From positions 20,759,174 through 20,822,035 of the forward strand of contig NC_068992.1 of NCBI RefSeq assembly GCF_001194135.2: 62,862 bases of DNA, written 5' to 3'. The DNA is from Octopus bimaculoides. Taxonomy: Eukaryota. The notes under the pieces were generated by a model. The model made no database searches, was not told the origin of the DNA, and saw nothing but the letters and a program-made list of their open reading frames with translations. Made by a program: the position numbers and the translations under genes. Below are positions 13,770 to 27,659 of the stretch, in pieces; positions within the stretch are counted from its first letter, which is position 1; each line of letters opens with the position of its first letter.

Positions 13770-14620
13770 TGACTAGAAGCCTAATGCAGAAGAAACTAGA
13801 AGGTTCGGGAGTGATATTTCGGATAAGCGAGTGAATTATAGAGGAGGTGGAGCGTGGATAAAGAAAGACAGGAAAAAAACCAGTTACTGGGAAACAGCCA
13901 TTTATATAACTATCTAGTTCACTAAAGAGTAAAACGTTAGGGAGAATGCCGAGTTGGAAGGGCCCAAGATGAGATTTAGTTCAAGAGTATTAGTTAAAGA
14001 AATGTAGTAGCTTACATAGGAGACTAAGGGAACAACTTCAGGGTTGTCTGAATGGAGGAGCTTGCTTCATTGAGCGACTAGAGGGAGAATAAAACACATT
14101 ATGAAAGACAAAATCAAACAATTTAAATAGTAATTATTGACCAATGACATGCTAACTGTTCGTATCAAAGCTGATAAGAGAAAAAACGTATTTATAAGCA
14201 CCCTGACAGTCAGAAGCAAAGAAAGGCTGCAGGAAGATGGCTAAAGGAATGCATGACCAATAATGCATTGACAAAGCTGCTCTAAAAGAAGTGAAATCGA
14301 GAAAGAAAAAAATAACAATAGCATGGATAGATCATAGGAAAGCGTATGGTATCGTACCACACTCATGGATAAATGAATGTTTTAGAATATTCAGTATTGC
14401 AAACAACATAAGTGAGTTAATTAGATATAGCATGAAGAAATGGAAAGTAGATCTTTCCTAGAGTGATAGAGCCTTAGGGTAAGTTAATATCAAGAGAGAA
14501 ATTTTCCAAGGAGACTTATCTTTTTTTAGTATTTCTGTTATGTTTAATTCCCTTCAGTTTATTATTAAGAAATGCAAAACAGGGTTTGAGACAGTAGAAG
14601 AAAAATTAACCATTTGCTCT
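13770..14620 (+). mobile_element. R4/Dong-like (RLE-type) non-LTR retrotransposon reverse transcriptase fragment
   Basis: KPNAEETRRFGSDI...MPSWKGP..DLVQ..LKKCSSLHRRLREQLQGCL...KGCRKMAKGMHDQ*CIDKAALKEVKSRKKKITIAWIDHRKAYGIVPHSWINECFRIFSIANNISELIRYSMKKWKV...VNIKREIFQGDL...KINHLL. Many stops. Truncated just before the catalytic (F/Y)xDD motif. Confidence 0.88.
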
Positions 14621-14624
14621 GTTA

Positions 14625-14910
14625 ATCGACAAGAGACCAGAGAGTGAATTTGTTTGATGCGGAAGCCTATCGTATGTGTGAGGGAGGTGTTTCTACGTGC
14701 AAGTTTATTCTTTGTGTTCTGTGGCTGTCCTCCCAACGTTTGACAATCAGTTTAAGCTTATCTACGCCTTTGTAACTTAGCAATTCGACAAAACCAATCG
14801 TAAGAATACGTACGCTACTTAAAAAAATAACACTTGGGTCCAATTCGTTCGACTAAAACTCAAGACGGTACCACAGCATGGCCGCAGTCTAATGGAAGAA
14901 AGAAGTAAAA
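14625..14910 (+). mobile_element. SINE family C (degenerate), truncating the R4-like RT
   Basis: gtaacttagcaattcgacaaaa...gggtccaattcgttcgactaaaa...cagcatggccgcagtctaatg matches other C copies. Confidence 0.75.
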
Positions 14911-15719
14911 ATTATTGCTGCTACATTATTTTTTATTGTTGTTGTTGATGTTGTTGTTATTCCACTTTATTTTATTTAAAACCAATAATTATGTTTTTTC
15001 AAAAACCAAATCAGTAACAATTTTTTTTCACAGAATTCTATTATAGCTTCAATAAAATGACTGCAAATTGTTACACATATGAAAGAGAAATAGAAGGAAG
15101 ACTTATAACTCGAGATTTCTTGATTTTGCTTAATGGACTAACAATCTTTCATCTTGCAGATTATTACCATGGAAGAGAATTATTGGATAGAGAGACACAT
15201 AAATAGCGCTAGAGTCATTATTATTGATAATGTCTTACAAAACCAACGACTAATTGAAAAGTCGCCAACGCAACTCGTTGGATTCTTATTATTCTCTTAA
15301 ATATTTGTTATATTCAGACAAGATGATTATATTTTCTTTGTTTTTAATCATATTCGTAACCCTTCTTCCGTCAATGCTCTCTGTGTCTCTATTTTGTACT
15401 CACAGTCAATTTATGTCTCTCTCTGCTTGCCAGTTTTACTTTTAATCAGTAATGTAATTGTAAATAGATACGAACGCGTGCGCACACAAATAGCACCATG
15501 GAAATTTTGGGATAAAAACTCCTCTTCGATAGAAAAGGAAGTATTTCATGGGACACAAACTCATATGACGTGTAGACATGATAGACGTTCTACCAATGTA
15601 CGAAAGCAACCCTTTGAATTCATTTCGAATTCTCGAAGCAATATAAATGCTATACATACTGATTTCAAATAGTGGCACAAGCGCAAAAATTTCGCAGATG
15701 CCTTAAGCTAATTACACTC

Positions 15720-16420
15720 AGTTTATCAACACCGATATGACGAAAGGTAAAGGATCTTTTTTAAAACGGGGGCCACATTTTTCATTAATGTTTTACGTAG
15801 TGTTTTTGGTACCGAAAAACTTTCAAACTTCGTATACTTATCTATTTTGTGTTATAGAACAGAAAAATATTTTTGTATTCGAATTTATTTCATGTAAAAA
15901 ATTGTCTTATTTCGATAATTTCCACCAATCACTGACAAGTATTCAGTTGTTTATATTTACTCCTTTGGCTGATTAAGCGGTGTAAAGCGTATTTAATTTC
16001 CATAGCTTCGTTTTGCTTTTTTCTTTTTAAATTTGCTGTTTTACCCTAACCCTAACCCTATCACCGATAGAATTGTTTCAGAATCGTTTGTTTATGTAGT
16101 CGGCACTTAATGTATATCGGCTGAATGGACGTCAGTGATTGGTTGAAATTACAGAAATACGACAACTTTAACATGGAATAACTTAGGGATTTCTTTTTTT
16201 TTTAAGAAGACTAAGAGAAAAAGATGTTGTATATGACACATTCTACCAGTGTTCCAAGTTTCAAAGTGTTTCGTTAATGAAAAATGTGGCCCCCGTTTTA
16301 AAAAAGATCCAAGGTAAAGCCAGGCTCGGTGGAATTTAAAATCAGTAAGTAAAGACGGACGAAGTGCTGTTAATTATGTTGCCCAATGTGCTAACCATTC
16401 CTCCAGCTCGCCGCCTTTAA
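15720..16420 (-). mobile_element. SINE family B copy split by the MITE insertion
   Basis: Removing 15752-16310 and one TSD restores ...gatatgacgaaaggtaaagccaggctcggtggaattt..., collinear with the intact copy at 49425-49465. Confidence 0.8.
15752..16310. mobile_element. Complete 559-bp MITE with 37-bp perfect TIRs and 8-bp TSD (Merlin-like by GG termini)
   Basis: Exact: left TIR ggatcttttttaaaacgggggccacatttttcattaa (15752-15788); right TIR is its perfect reverse complement ending at 16310. TSD aaggtaaa at 15744-15751 and 16311-16318. The superfamily call is inference. Confidence 0.92.
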
Positions 16421-18147
16421 TGCTGTAAACATTAGCATATAAACATTGAGTTGAAACACTTTTGACAGAATTTATATGCAGTTATTCTTGTGCATATGTA
16501 CAAACAGAACCCATATATATTTACATAAAGTTACACATATATATTTCTGTTAGCATGTGATCTCTGTCTGTTTCGTGCTCTCTACTAAGTTACTGCGTCC
16601 TTTATATTGCTAAGGACTTAATATTATTATAGAAGGACAGGATTTCCAACTTAAAGTACCACGGTGTCAAGACAGGGGAGATCATCCAATGAAGACAGAC
16701 TTGTGTGGAACGATTACAATTATTACTTTCCACTTCAAGGAAATAAGATTATATACTTATTTATTTTTGGCTTTTATCTCGCAAATGGTGATGAAAGAAA
16801 TTTCATTACGTATATGATTGATTGACTAATCGAACGATCAGTCAATTAGTCGATTATTAAATTCAGTAAATTAACCACTTAACAATTAAGTAATATGGAA
16901 GTAAAATTGAACCGGTGTATGTGTTTAGTATTAGGGTAATGACCCTCCTGAGGAACACTGAAACACGTTTCAACACACGCTTTGCATCAAGGATCGAGGA
17001 AACCAAATATTTTCTCTGTAATATCTGCTTACAATAAATATTCGAATAAGATTAAATAATATATTTGAAAAACTGTAAAATTGCTAAACAAAAACTGCTT
17101 CCATACTTCAAATTACTGAAAATTAGAACAGAACATATGAAGATATTTGAAAGGAAACAAGGGAAATGATAGTAGTATGTTGAATAATTGAATGTAATAA
17201 ATGAGAAACTTTCTGTGCATACTTGTCTCCACCCCGTCGCCATTAATTAGTATGATGGTTAGCTAACTAAAGAGGAGTGGACTTCATTGAAAGTAGAAAA
17301 GTAAGGGAGAATGAAGTAGGACAGCCACCATCGGTCAATGTTTAAATCAGAGATAGAAAATAACTGAACAGTACTTGGGGGCTGTAGTAATAAATATTAA
17401 TATATAATCAAACATTTTTCCAGTTATAAATCTAACTGTGGTTATATAACAATCCAAGATCTCGTATCATATCTTTTCATAAGGTTGTGAATTATCAATT
17501 GTTTAGTTATATAATAATTGGTTTGAGGGGTTAAGTTGATTACATCGATCCCCCTTGCCTTTCAACCACTACAGTTTGAAATGTGTAGTCAATAATAATC
17601 ATTCTTTTTCCCATAAAGTATTCTTTTTACACGCATGGTTATACATTACAGTAAAGACGTGTTTTACTAGTACACTCCAATTATTCTATACATAAATAGA
17701 TCTTTGTGGGCTTAAATAGTTATCTATTTTCGATTACTATGGAGGTTTAGGACTAGCATATTTTCCATATAATTTGTTCAGGGAAAAATGAGTGTCAGAC
17801 TTGATACACAATGCAAAATGAAATATAAAATATATGATAGGAACAACAAGTAAAAATGTAACACTTAATAAAGTCCTTGCATATCTTTCTATCTATTTAT
17901 TCTCTCTCTTCAATTTTCAAACATCGTAAATATTGTAATGGTTTCCTCACATTCTATATGGATTCATCCTCTAAAAAACTTAATAATGAGCTTATCGCGT
18001 ATGCAGTCAGTAGTCATTCAGTGAGATATTAAATATATAAATATATAGTCCAAAGTGATTTTAAGTACAATACCTAATAACCGTCACATTCATAATTTTC
18101 AGAGAATTAGAAGTACACACACGCAAACACCCACACACACACACATG

Positions 18148-18218
<71 letters not shown>

Positions 18219-18587
18219 TACAGTTTCGCGATGGCGAGTTCGACAAAAAGTGCTGTATTTGCTGAGAGATAAATATTATTTAATAAATACTACCGCAGCA
18301 AATTTATTTCAGTATCGCACAAACGATAACGCAGCGGTTATCATGGCTACAAACGAACTTAAGCCATGTGCATCCACACACAAGACCGTTAAAAGTAATG
18401 GACCCAGGATTGCCACCATTGCGACCGAGTCGTCCATACCATTTCTACTGATGGACATCGGGGGCCTCTTGCAAAACAGCAGTATGAGTAAAATTGCAGT
18501 GGAGTCTCAGTTGAGTCTCCTTGTTTGTCCCTTCTATGTTTAGCCCTCTGTGGGCAATAAAGAAATAAATATATATATATGTCTGTG

Positions 18588-18820
18588 AAGGCGGTGAGCT
18601 GGCAGAATCGATAGCACGCCGGGCGAAATGCTTAGCCATATTTCGTCTGCCGTTACGTTCTGAGTTCAAACTGCGCCGAGTTTCACTTTGCCTTTCATCT
18701 TTTCGGGGTCGATCAAATAGGTACCATCTACAAACTGGTGTCGATGTTATCGACTGAAACCCGTGTTCTGTCCTTGTCTGTCCCCTCTATGTTTAGCCTC
18801 CTGTGAGCAATAAAGAAATA
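18588..18820 (+). mobile_element. SINE family B, full-length, tail variant 1
   Basis: aaggcggtgagctggcagaatcgatagcacgccgggcgaaatgcttag...gagttcaaa...tttagcctcctgtgagcaataaagaaata. Confidence 0.9.
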
Positions 18821-18821
18821 C

Positions 18822-19150
<329 letters not shown>

Positions 19151-20006
19151 AGTGCATGACTAAAAAATGTAAAGCTTATTGCATTTATAATTTTTTTTCA
19201 AATCATGAAGCGGTAAGTAATTTTCATAAAAGTAAATCTTACGCTTTGAATAATCTGTTACGGTTTTATTTAAAATCAAATTTATGACAGAACGTTATTG
19301 CATATTCAGCAGTGTACATACTCGAATTATTACAATTTAGGATATATGTTAATATTTATAAATTCTGCTATGATGTTTTGATTTAATAGAGTGAGAAATG
19401 ACTTTCATGTTATCCTTATTGTTTAACTTGTTATTTCTTCAGCATATTTATTTTTTAAAATATTTCTTATGTACAATATATTATATTTTACACGTTTTTA
19501 TTCTTATGAATTCCATGAATTTTGAAATATTTGCTGAGAACAGAATTTATCATTTATCGCATATTTCTTCATTTACTTGATTATTTTTTTATGCTGGCTT
19601 ATGAGTTTTTTTACTTGTTTTAAATTCTCTTCCTTTGGCATATGCTATTATATATTATCATCATGTCATACAAGATTGTCAAGTAGATATGTATTATACA
19701 GACGTGTTCATATTAGCCTTTGCGAAATATACATATATATAATTATAATTTTCTTTCAAAAACTTAGTGTAGAACTGCTCAAGTCGAACCCGAGGCGCTG
19801 GAGTAGTGATAGATTCAATAGAAAAGGTTCAATTGAGCCAGACTACGTAAATATATATACGTGCTTAAATAAGATAAAATAAGAATTTCTGGTATATATT
19901 CGTGCATATTACATGTGAATCTTAACATCCATTCCATAAGATGCCCCAGTCATCAGGGAAAGTAGTTTTTACGCTTTATTTGGATTTAGTTCGTTATATA
20001 TATACC

Positions 20007-20037
<31 letters not shown>

Positions 20038-23000
20038 TTATAAAAATGTATGTATATATATATATATATATATGTATATACATACATATGCATATATATG
20101 TATATACAAACATATGTATATATATATATGTATATTTATACGTAAGCATTTATATATACGTATATATATATATGTATGTATGTACATATATATATATATA
20201 TATATATANNNNNNNNNNNNNNNNNNNNNNNNNNNNNNNNNNNNNNNNNNNNNNNNNNNNNNNNNNNNNNNNNNNNNNNNNNNNNNNNNNNNNNNNNNNN
20301 NNNNNNNNNNNNNNNNNNNNNNNNNNNNNNNNNNNNNNNNNNNNNNNNNNNNNNNNNNNNNNNNNNNNNNNNNNNNAAAGAAAAATCATGTTCTCCAGAA
20401 AAAATTCACCAAAATACCTGTGCTTAGGCGGGCAGGAGAAAATGAAAAATATATTTAAAAAAATATAGAATCAATTTAGTACCGATTTCCCCATCAACTC
20501 TTTTACTTACGTAAAATTATATGTGGTTCGTCAGCACAATCGTTCTAAAATCAATATAATATGCAGAACTATACACGAATTGTCGTCATAAAATTAGACG
20601 TCGTTACAGTTCTACCGATTACATTGGGCCTATTTTCAAAATGTCTCAGCTCTGGCGCGTTAAATTCCGTAAACAGTTCTGAAGAGTATAATTCACTACA
20701 GTACATGTTGCCGGCTAGAGTTAAAATACGTACACATATATACACATGAAATATACGTACAGAAACATACTCTCGTTACATGCAATCCGTAGTACTTTCT
20801 GTATAGCGCAAAGAAATTATTTTAGATTATTTTCGACTAGGTACAAATCCTTTTAACTTCGTTTGGGATTTAGGTACATTGCATCGGATTTGTAATGTTC
20901 ATGGATTTATAGGCCGGATTACTGACGCAAAGTAAAATAAATGACGAAGAAATAATTCAATGAGTCGTAGATTGAAACTACATTGTGTTGTTAACATTGT
21001 TTCGCGCTTACGTTTTCAGCAGTAAGCAAATTAGAACAGTATTCAATTTAATATTTCATTATACTATAACAGATTCTTTCTTTGTGCTTACCTACCGGAA
21101 TTACATCCCATTGTATGAACTTTGGCTTAAATGTGATCGCCAGCACTTGCTTTATCTTTAAGTGGACACGAGTAAAATGTATTAAATCTACGGTAAGAGT
21201 GAATTCTAGTAATATATAGTTTCTACTTGTGTAGCGTGATTAGTCTAAAAACCACTTATCCATACTTTGCGTCACTTTACTTTTCCTCATAATTTCCATA
21301 TGAGTTCAATATTCCATTAATATTTCGGTGTGGGAATGCATATAATTGCGTGTGTACATTTGTGTGTGTTAAAATCTAAGAGTGATTATGTTTCAGTTTA
21401 CATTGCCAATATTTGTATTCCTATTAATAATCATTGAGTTCCGAAGCTAACACACTTTCAAGAATCTTACAAATGTCCAAGCTTCACCGAGAAATGAATG
21501 AAAATAAATAAAAAGCTTCATATATCCTTCATATAATGATTTACACTCTCTTTTTATAAGCTCATAATATACTGCATGTAGAAGCATATAATGTTCCTGG
21601 TACTATTTTTATTTTCTGTTTAATGAATTCTATTTCACAACTGTGGCTTAATGGCCTGACAAACGGTACGGATATCAACTTCCCCGTTTCATTATATGTT
21701 TTTTTTTAAATATATATATATAAGATGTTTATGACTACTCAGTAGAATCCATTATTCCTTTGTATTTATTATATTGTCATAGCGCATTCTTGAGTATTAC
21801 AGTTTTGTTCTTGTTTTAGATTTTCATTCCAACATTTTCATTTGCCTCAATATTACACTTTCGGAATGTCGTATATATAACTTTTCATCATGGCCGCATT
21901 GAAATTTAGATATGATATAATATATTCACGTAAAACTAGATCTATTTTGAACAAAGTATCTCTAATAGATATTTCATTGAGGTTGCAATTTTCAAACGAT
22001 TCTTGTAAAGATGTTTGAGGCGTTAAACTACGTGTGTGTGTATTATACATTATATATATTTTTCCATCATATATATGTGTGTTTCCGCGTGAGTATGTGT
22101 GTCCATGTGTGTGTGTTTGTGTGTGCGTGCGTGTGTGTGTTCGTGAATTTAGAAATGATTCCAATGTATTTCTTTTCATCTCAGCTCAGCTCAGCTCATA
22201 TCGTTAACACGGAATTCTTTTTTTTTTTTATAACGTAGATATAGAGGACCGACCTCCATGGGCGTTTTCAAGATCTCCAATACATTTATTTTGCATTAAT
22301 GTGAAGGAACGAACACACGCACACACGCACACACACACACACACACACAATGAAAGTAGTGAGAGCTTTCCAGAGGATTCTCATTCTGAAGAAAATGCAA
22401 TGTGCATGTCCATTTTTTACCTGCGGTACCTAGGGTAGTGAATCTAATTTGAATGAAACGAGGAAGAGGAACAGTGGAGATGTAAGTAGCTGAACATAGG
22501 TGGTACGAGATCATCAACATCGGAAGCACTGAGAACACCATATTACCGGTACAAATAGAAAATTTATAATATATGACTTTGATATAGAATTTGGAGACTG
22601 TTGAAAAAGGACTTAATGCCAATTATTAGGGAGTGTCCTTTATTCGGATGAAGTCTACAATGTCTGCGTCTGGCAGCAAAACTGAGCCAGTGCTGGATGC
22701 TGTCATTTGTTATAGTGATTTCTATAGAGGATCACGCCTTCTGGGTGGAAGTGAGAATTGCATATCTAGTTTTTTGCAGAGATACTTACTTGTGACAAAT
22801 TTGGAGAACTACTATTTCTCTTATGGATCTCAATGTATATGTTTCCAGTGAACCATATTTATTCATTAAAATAGGTTCCAATTTCCTATGTCCTAATATT
22901 TCTCAAAAATGAGCCTTAACAATGTTTAATGTCCTCTGTGCTGCAAGTAGCGCTATCTATATGAAGTATATCTATATATACTTGATGGACGTATCATTTT

Positions 23001-23794
23001 CTTCGTCTCGGCACCTCCAAATCGAGTAAAATCATAGCCAACACTCTATTACCTTTTGTGTTCACTGTGACTATCGACTCAGCTTTTCTTAGATTCAACA
23101 TGTTCTCTTTTCGTTGCCTACGACCATTCCGCCCCTTCATTTTATGCTTCCTGCAATGTTAGATAGTGGCTATTCTCTTTTATCCAACAACCAAATTTCG
23201 GGTCTGTAGGTGAGGTTTGGTAGCAAGGATTCATTGTGTGCTTCTTTTTCTGCTTTATATTTAAAAGGTTTTGTTTTCACCTTGCTTTGCTTTAGAAATC
23301 AAAGTAGTATCGATTATATCCTCGACTGCTGGGAATATAAGTTCATATTCAATGACATGGATAACTATCTAGTTGACAATGAATGTAATGCAGCGAAGAA
23401 CGCTCTATACCTGTGCCGGTTTTTTTTTTAATATTTGGCTTATTAAATGGAGATGAACGATGGAAACCTAGTAGAAACAGAACGTCCTAGACTATGATGA
23501 ACCGTAGACGTGTGGACAGAACCTCCTGGAAAATAACCATAGCGAGGGATATTCCACAGCTGAATTAGAACAGTCACAAACAGTGAAATAAGGCATGCAC
23601 CCAACACCAGAGCTGAAGACACCTCCGAAAGGAGGGGCCCCGCCACTCAAAACGGTAGAGGAGTAGGGGCCGAAACCGGACGTGGTTCCTCCTGATGATG
23701 TCTTGAGCTAACTGGATCCTATAAAGGAGCTGTTGTGGTAGCAGACCACGAAACATGGTTGAAATTCCTTCCTTCAGAAATGTAGTCAGGTAAC

Positions 23795-24520
23795 CTAAAA
23801 ATAATAGGGAATGAATAACTAGTCTCTATTGATATGAGAAGTGTTGCATTTCTTTTACATTGGAACCTCTATTGCATATTGTCGCAAACTATGAGACGAT
23901 TATTTAGATGGAAACATTTGTTGAAGAATCAGTTAAGGTCTATAATTACCGATTCAGTGCCATCATAGTAGCCAGTTCTTGATGTTATTTTTAACCCGAG
24001 GCATATAGTGGTTCAGTCCTTAATTTTGCATATCAATTCCTATATAGTCAACGGACAACATTTCGCTTTCTTCTTCCTATCTTTGAGGTGATTAGTACAA
24101 GTTATATTTGTTGAACCCGTAGATCGTTACAGTTCCTGGTTATTATATGTCAATATTTACCATTTGTTGTAGTTAAAAATGTCATCGTATTATATCAGGG
24201 AAGCATATGCTTCCTACACACTCTGAAATGAATTTATCAAGTGTATACGTTTTATGACCGCACAGGCTTCGTACAGTGAGCCTGTATATCTGGATTTAAA
24301 CCTGCCTGTGACCTGAGGAATATGAATTTGGCGTCTTCAGAATACTTAAAACGTGTGGGAAAAGCTAAAAATTATAGGTAATATATGATTGCCCTCTATT
24401 GGTATCAGAAATGTTGTATTTCTTTTACATTGGAACCTCTGTTACACATTGTCATAAACTATGAGAAAATTGTTCAGAGGGACACGTTTGCTCAAAAATC
24501 AAAGCACATCTGAAGTTTTT
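23795..24520. repeat. Degenerate direct repeat: ~145-bp cores at 23795 and 24365 (570-bp offset)
   Basis: ctaaaaataataggg...tttcttttacattggaacctct...aaactatgaga...aatca occurs twice, with an identical tttcttttacattggaacctct core. Weaker similarity continues downstream. Confidence 0.8.
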
Positions 24521-26637
24521 CATGTGTGCTTTGTTACGTCACCTGATCATTATCATCCATGGGTGACATATTCCTCGGTGTGTGTAGGAAAGCAGAATAT
24601 CAAACCAGAATTATGGTTTTGTATAGCATGTAAATCTATTTGATAATGATCACACCAGACAGAAGCGTTATTTCTTTTAAAACATGCAGATATGTTAATC
24701 TACATTATAACTACACTTCTTCACCTTACACTATTCTGGGACATATCTTCCCATACACTATCACGGGCGGCTGCTATATGATTTTATAAGGGTGAAAACT
24801 GAAGACATAGTTTCATAATTTCTAGCACTCTATTACAATGACATTACATTTTTTCCTTGTCGCATGAATAACTCTCGTTCAAAAAGATAATCAAAAGACG
24901 TTGTTAGTTTAAGTCGTATCCTATGTTTAGAAATGGAATATCAAAGACTCCACCATATATGCAAGCACTAACAAGATTTCCTTCTATGTAGAATATAAAT
25001 AGCAGTAATTGAATATCGACAACAACCAGAAAAGACAGCATTTACTTATTTTCTCCTTCCTTGTATATATAAATGGGGAAAAATGAAAATGGTTCGTATG
25101 ATATGCTTTCTTTCAACCTTGCCTGAATGTGGAAGAAGACAGTTTTCTTTTATCACAGACAAACAAAGGAGAATACTCGTTTTATTCTCATCGCTGTGTC
25201 TCTAAGAAGATTTCCTTTGACGTACTTACTTTTATTCAAACAACATAAAACCTATTAACTCTTTTCTAAGCGTTTTAGTTATAGTGGCAATGGCTCCAGT
25301 GTCGTTATGTTGCTTTCACGTTCATTATTTATGGTTTATATTTTTCCTATGCTAAATGTAGTTTTCGTATCTGAATATTTTTTTCTTCTTTAATGCATAT
25401 AGCGAAGATCATTTTTCCGATAATCTAAATTAACCTGTCTCTCACATCAGTCTATAACATTTCTCTTGTCTGTTGGATATTAACAAATCTAAACTATTGT
25501 AATAAAATGGGTATGTGAGAAAAGAATAGAATTTTTGTCCCATAGTGGAATACATTTTCAGATAGATAAACCAAATTTGAGATGAGATCGTGTTACTGTA
25601 AGAAATACGAAATACATATTCATATTTAAATTTACATTTTCGTTGCACAATAATGTAATGATATCATGATAGCATGGAATTTGATTTAAAATTAATGCTG
25701 AATATTATATCCGAGACCACTCCTAAAACGTTTCTCATTAACTAGAAAGAAAAGTCCTTCATGATTAATATAACAAGGAAATCGAGTTTTGCTTATATGT
25801 GGTCGCAAATCACTTGAGATGCGAATAAAGCAACATGCCAGCCTTCGCTTAAAGATATATGCGTGAAAGGGAAAGGGTGTCATATCTTGCAGGAAACCGT
25901 CAATAAGAAAATAATTTCTAGAGTTAATTTTGCCATGCCTTAAATATTCCTTAGTTCTTATTTAGCCAATAACACAGAACAGGCCCCTCGATAATGTAAT
26001 GTACACATATTAAAACATATAGTATACGTGCTCCTTGGTCATGGATAAGAAATCTTTGTATATTTGCTGTTTGGTTTTCTGTCTGGAAAATATGGCTAAA
26101 CATATATTATTGTTTATCCTGTAACGGTATGATCTGCACTTGGGTGAATTGTACCTACAATATGAATGCACATGTTGATGCACTAGAGGAAATACATTTT
26201 TGCAAATCATCCAAAATGTTTCGAGATTCATATTCACTAAATTTCGTTACTTTATAGATGCTATATCAATACGCAATATCATTTCTATTGCATAATATCA
26301 AGTTATCGACATAAAAAGTATAGTATTGTTTATGCAATGTGAGGTTGTAATATTAAAAATGACATCAGTTTTTGATATCAAATAAAACTAGTGTTCCATA
26401 GTCCACAAATAGACACATTATAACGGTACATTGAATGGATCATAACCGTTGGCTTCTACATCATGTATCTATAAAGCAGTTTTAATTAAGTCAGCCTGGC
26501 GGAGCAATTTTTCTCTAGCATTATATTTGAAGTAGGTGATGCTATGTAAAGAACGGAAGTAAAGTAAAATATTGTATAGTCACCGGGAAATAATCATGTA
26601 CTGCGTCAGCAAGAATTAATACGAGAAGTAGATACAC

Positions 26638-26727
26638 TAAGAAAGAATTTGATACAGCGGAGTATAAGTGAAGTTTAAAGTCTCGAATGAAAATCGCTAT
26701 TCGTAGGGAAAGAAATGTTGAAGGATG
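26638..26727 (+). repeat. Unclassified dispersed repeat, copy 1 (copy 2 at 31208-31296)
   Basis: taagaaagaatttgatacagcggagtataagtgaagtttaaagtctcgaa vs taagaaagaacttgaaacaacggagtacaagtaaagtttgaagtctcgaa. Confidence 0.7.
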
Positions 26728-27626
26728 TTTCTGGCTAAATAAATTATAATTAGTGAGACACTAGAACAGGAAGAGGCAAGGACGAGATATAGAGGTTTGG
26801 TAAAAAAAAAAGGCTTGAATTGTGAGAAATTTACAAAGGCTATAAACGATGAGATAACAAGAAAAACGTTACATACATATTCACATATATAAACGAACAC
26901 ACATTCAATTGCATTGTGTGTGGATGGGAAATTAATTAAACAAGCACGTATCTTAATACATATGAATATATTAATGAGCATATTCAAACACAATCGGCCA
27001 TAAATGTGTACGGAAGAAAATTGCAAAGAACACACGCAACCATCGATACACACATAAGGAAAGCGCGCGTGCATATATATATATATATATCATCCCGTAA
27101 ATGATGCAGTTATTTATACTTTTTCAAAATTTGGATAAACAAATTTCTTTTTTAATCTATGTATATGAACAACTGTGTATATAAAAATTTGAAACATATG
27201 TGTTTGCATGTGTTTGTGTGCATATATGATTGTATGTTTATATATATGTGTATGTTCATATTCATAAGTTTATATATCTCTAGGGAAGACAATCTATGGT
27301 CGTGTTAAATAACGTCTTCCATGATCTTGGATGTAAGGTTTAACATATACTTTAAACAATAATAATATCAAAGTATCCACCATTGATTTTGTAGTATTGG
27401 GGGATTGTTTTACGGTCCTCCCCATCTTGGGTGTCCCTCTATAATATTTTATGATCGCTTAGTAAAGAAACGAGATCTTATGTCAAGGATATTATGTTTA
27501 CAAAATACTTAGGGGTGTGCTGTACCAAACGAAATAATTTACTTATTTCTAAATATTTACATTTAATTAATTTTGCTGACCTGTTGGTGTTATCGTTTTA
27601 TGATAAATGAGCATCTTTACCCAATG

Positions 27627-27659
<33 letters not shown>

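Noticed and set aside
16043-16060. (CCCTAA)n as a chromosome end or fusion site
   Set aside because: Only three units, internal to a MITE.
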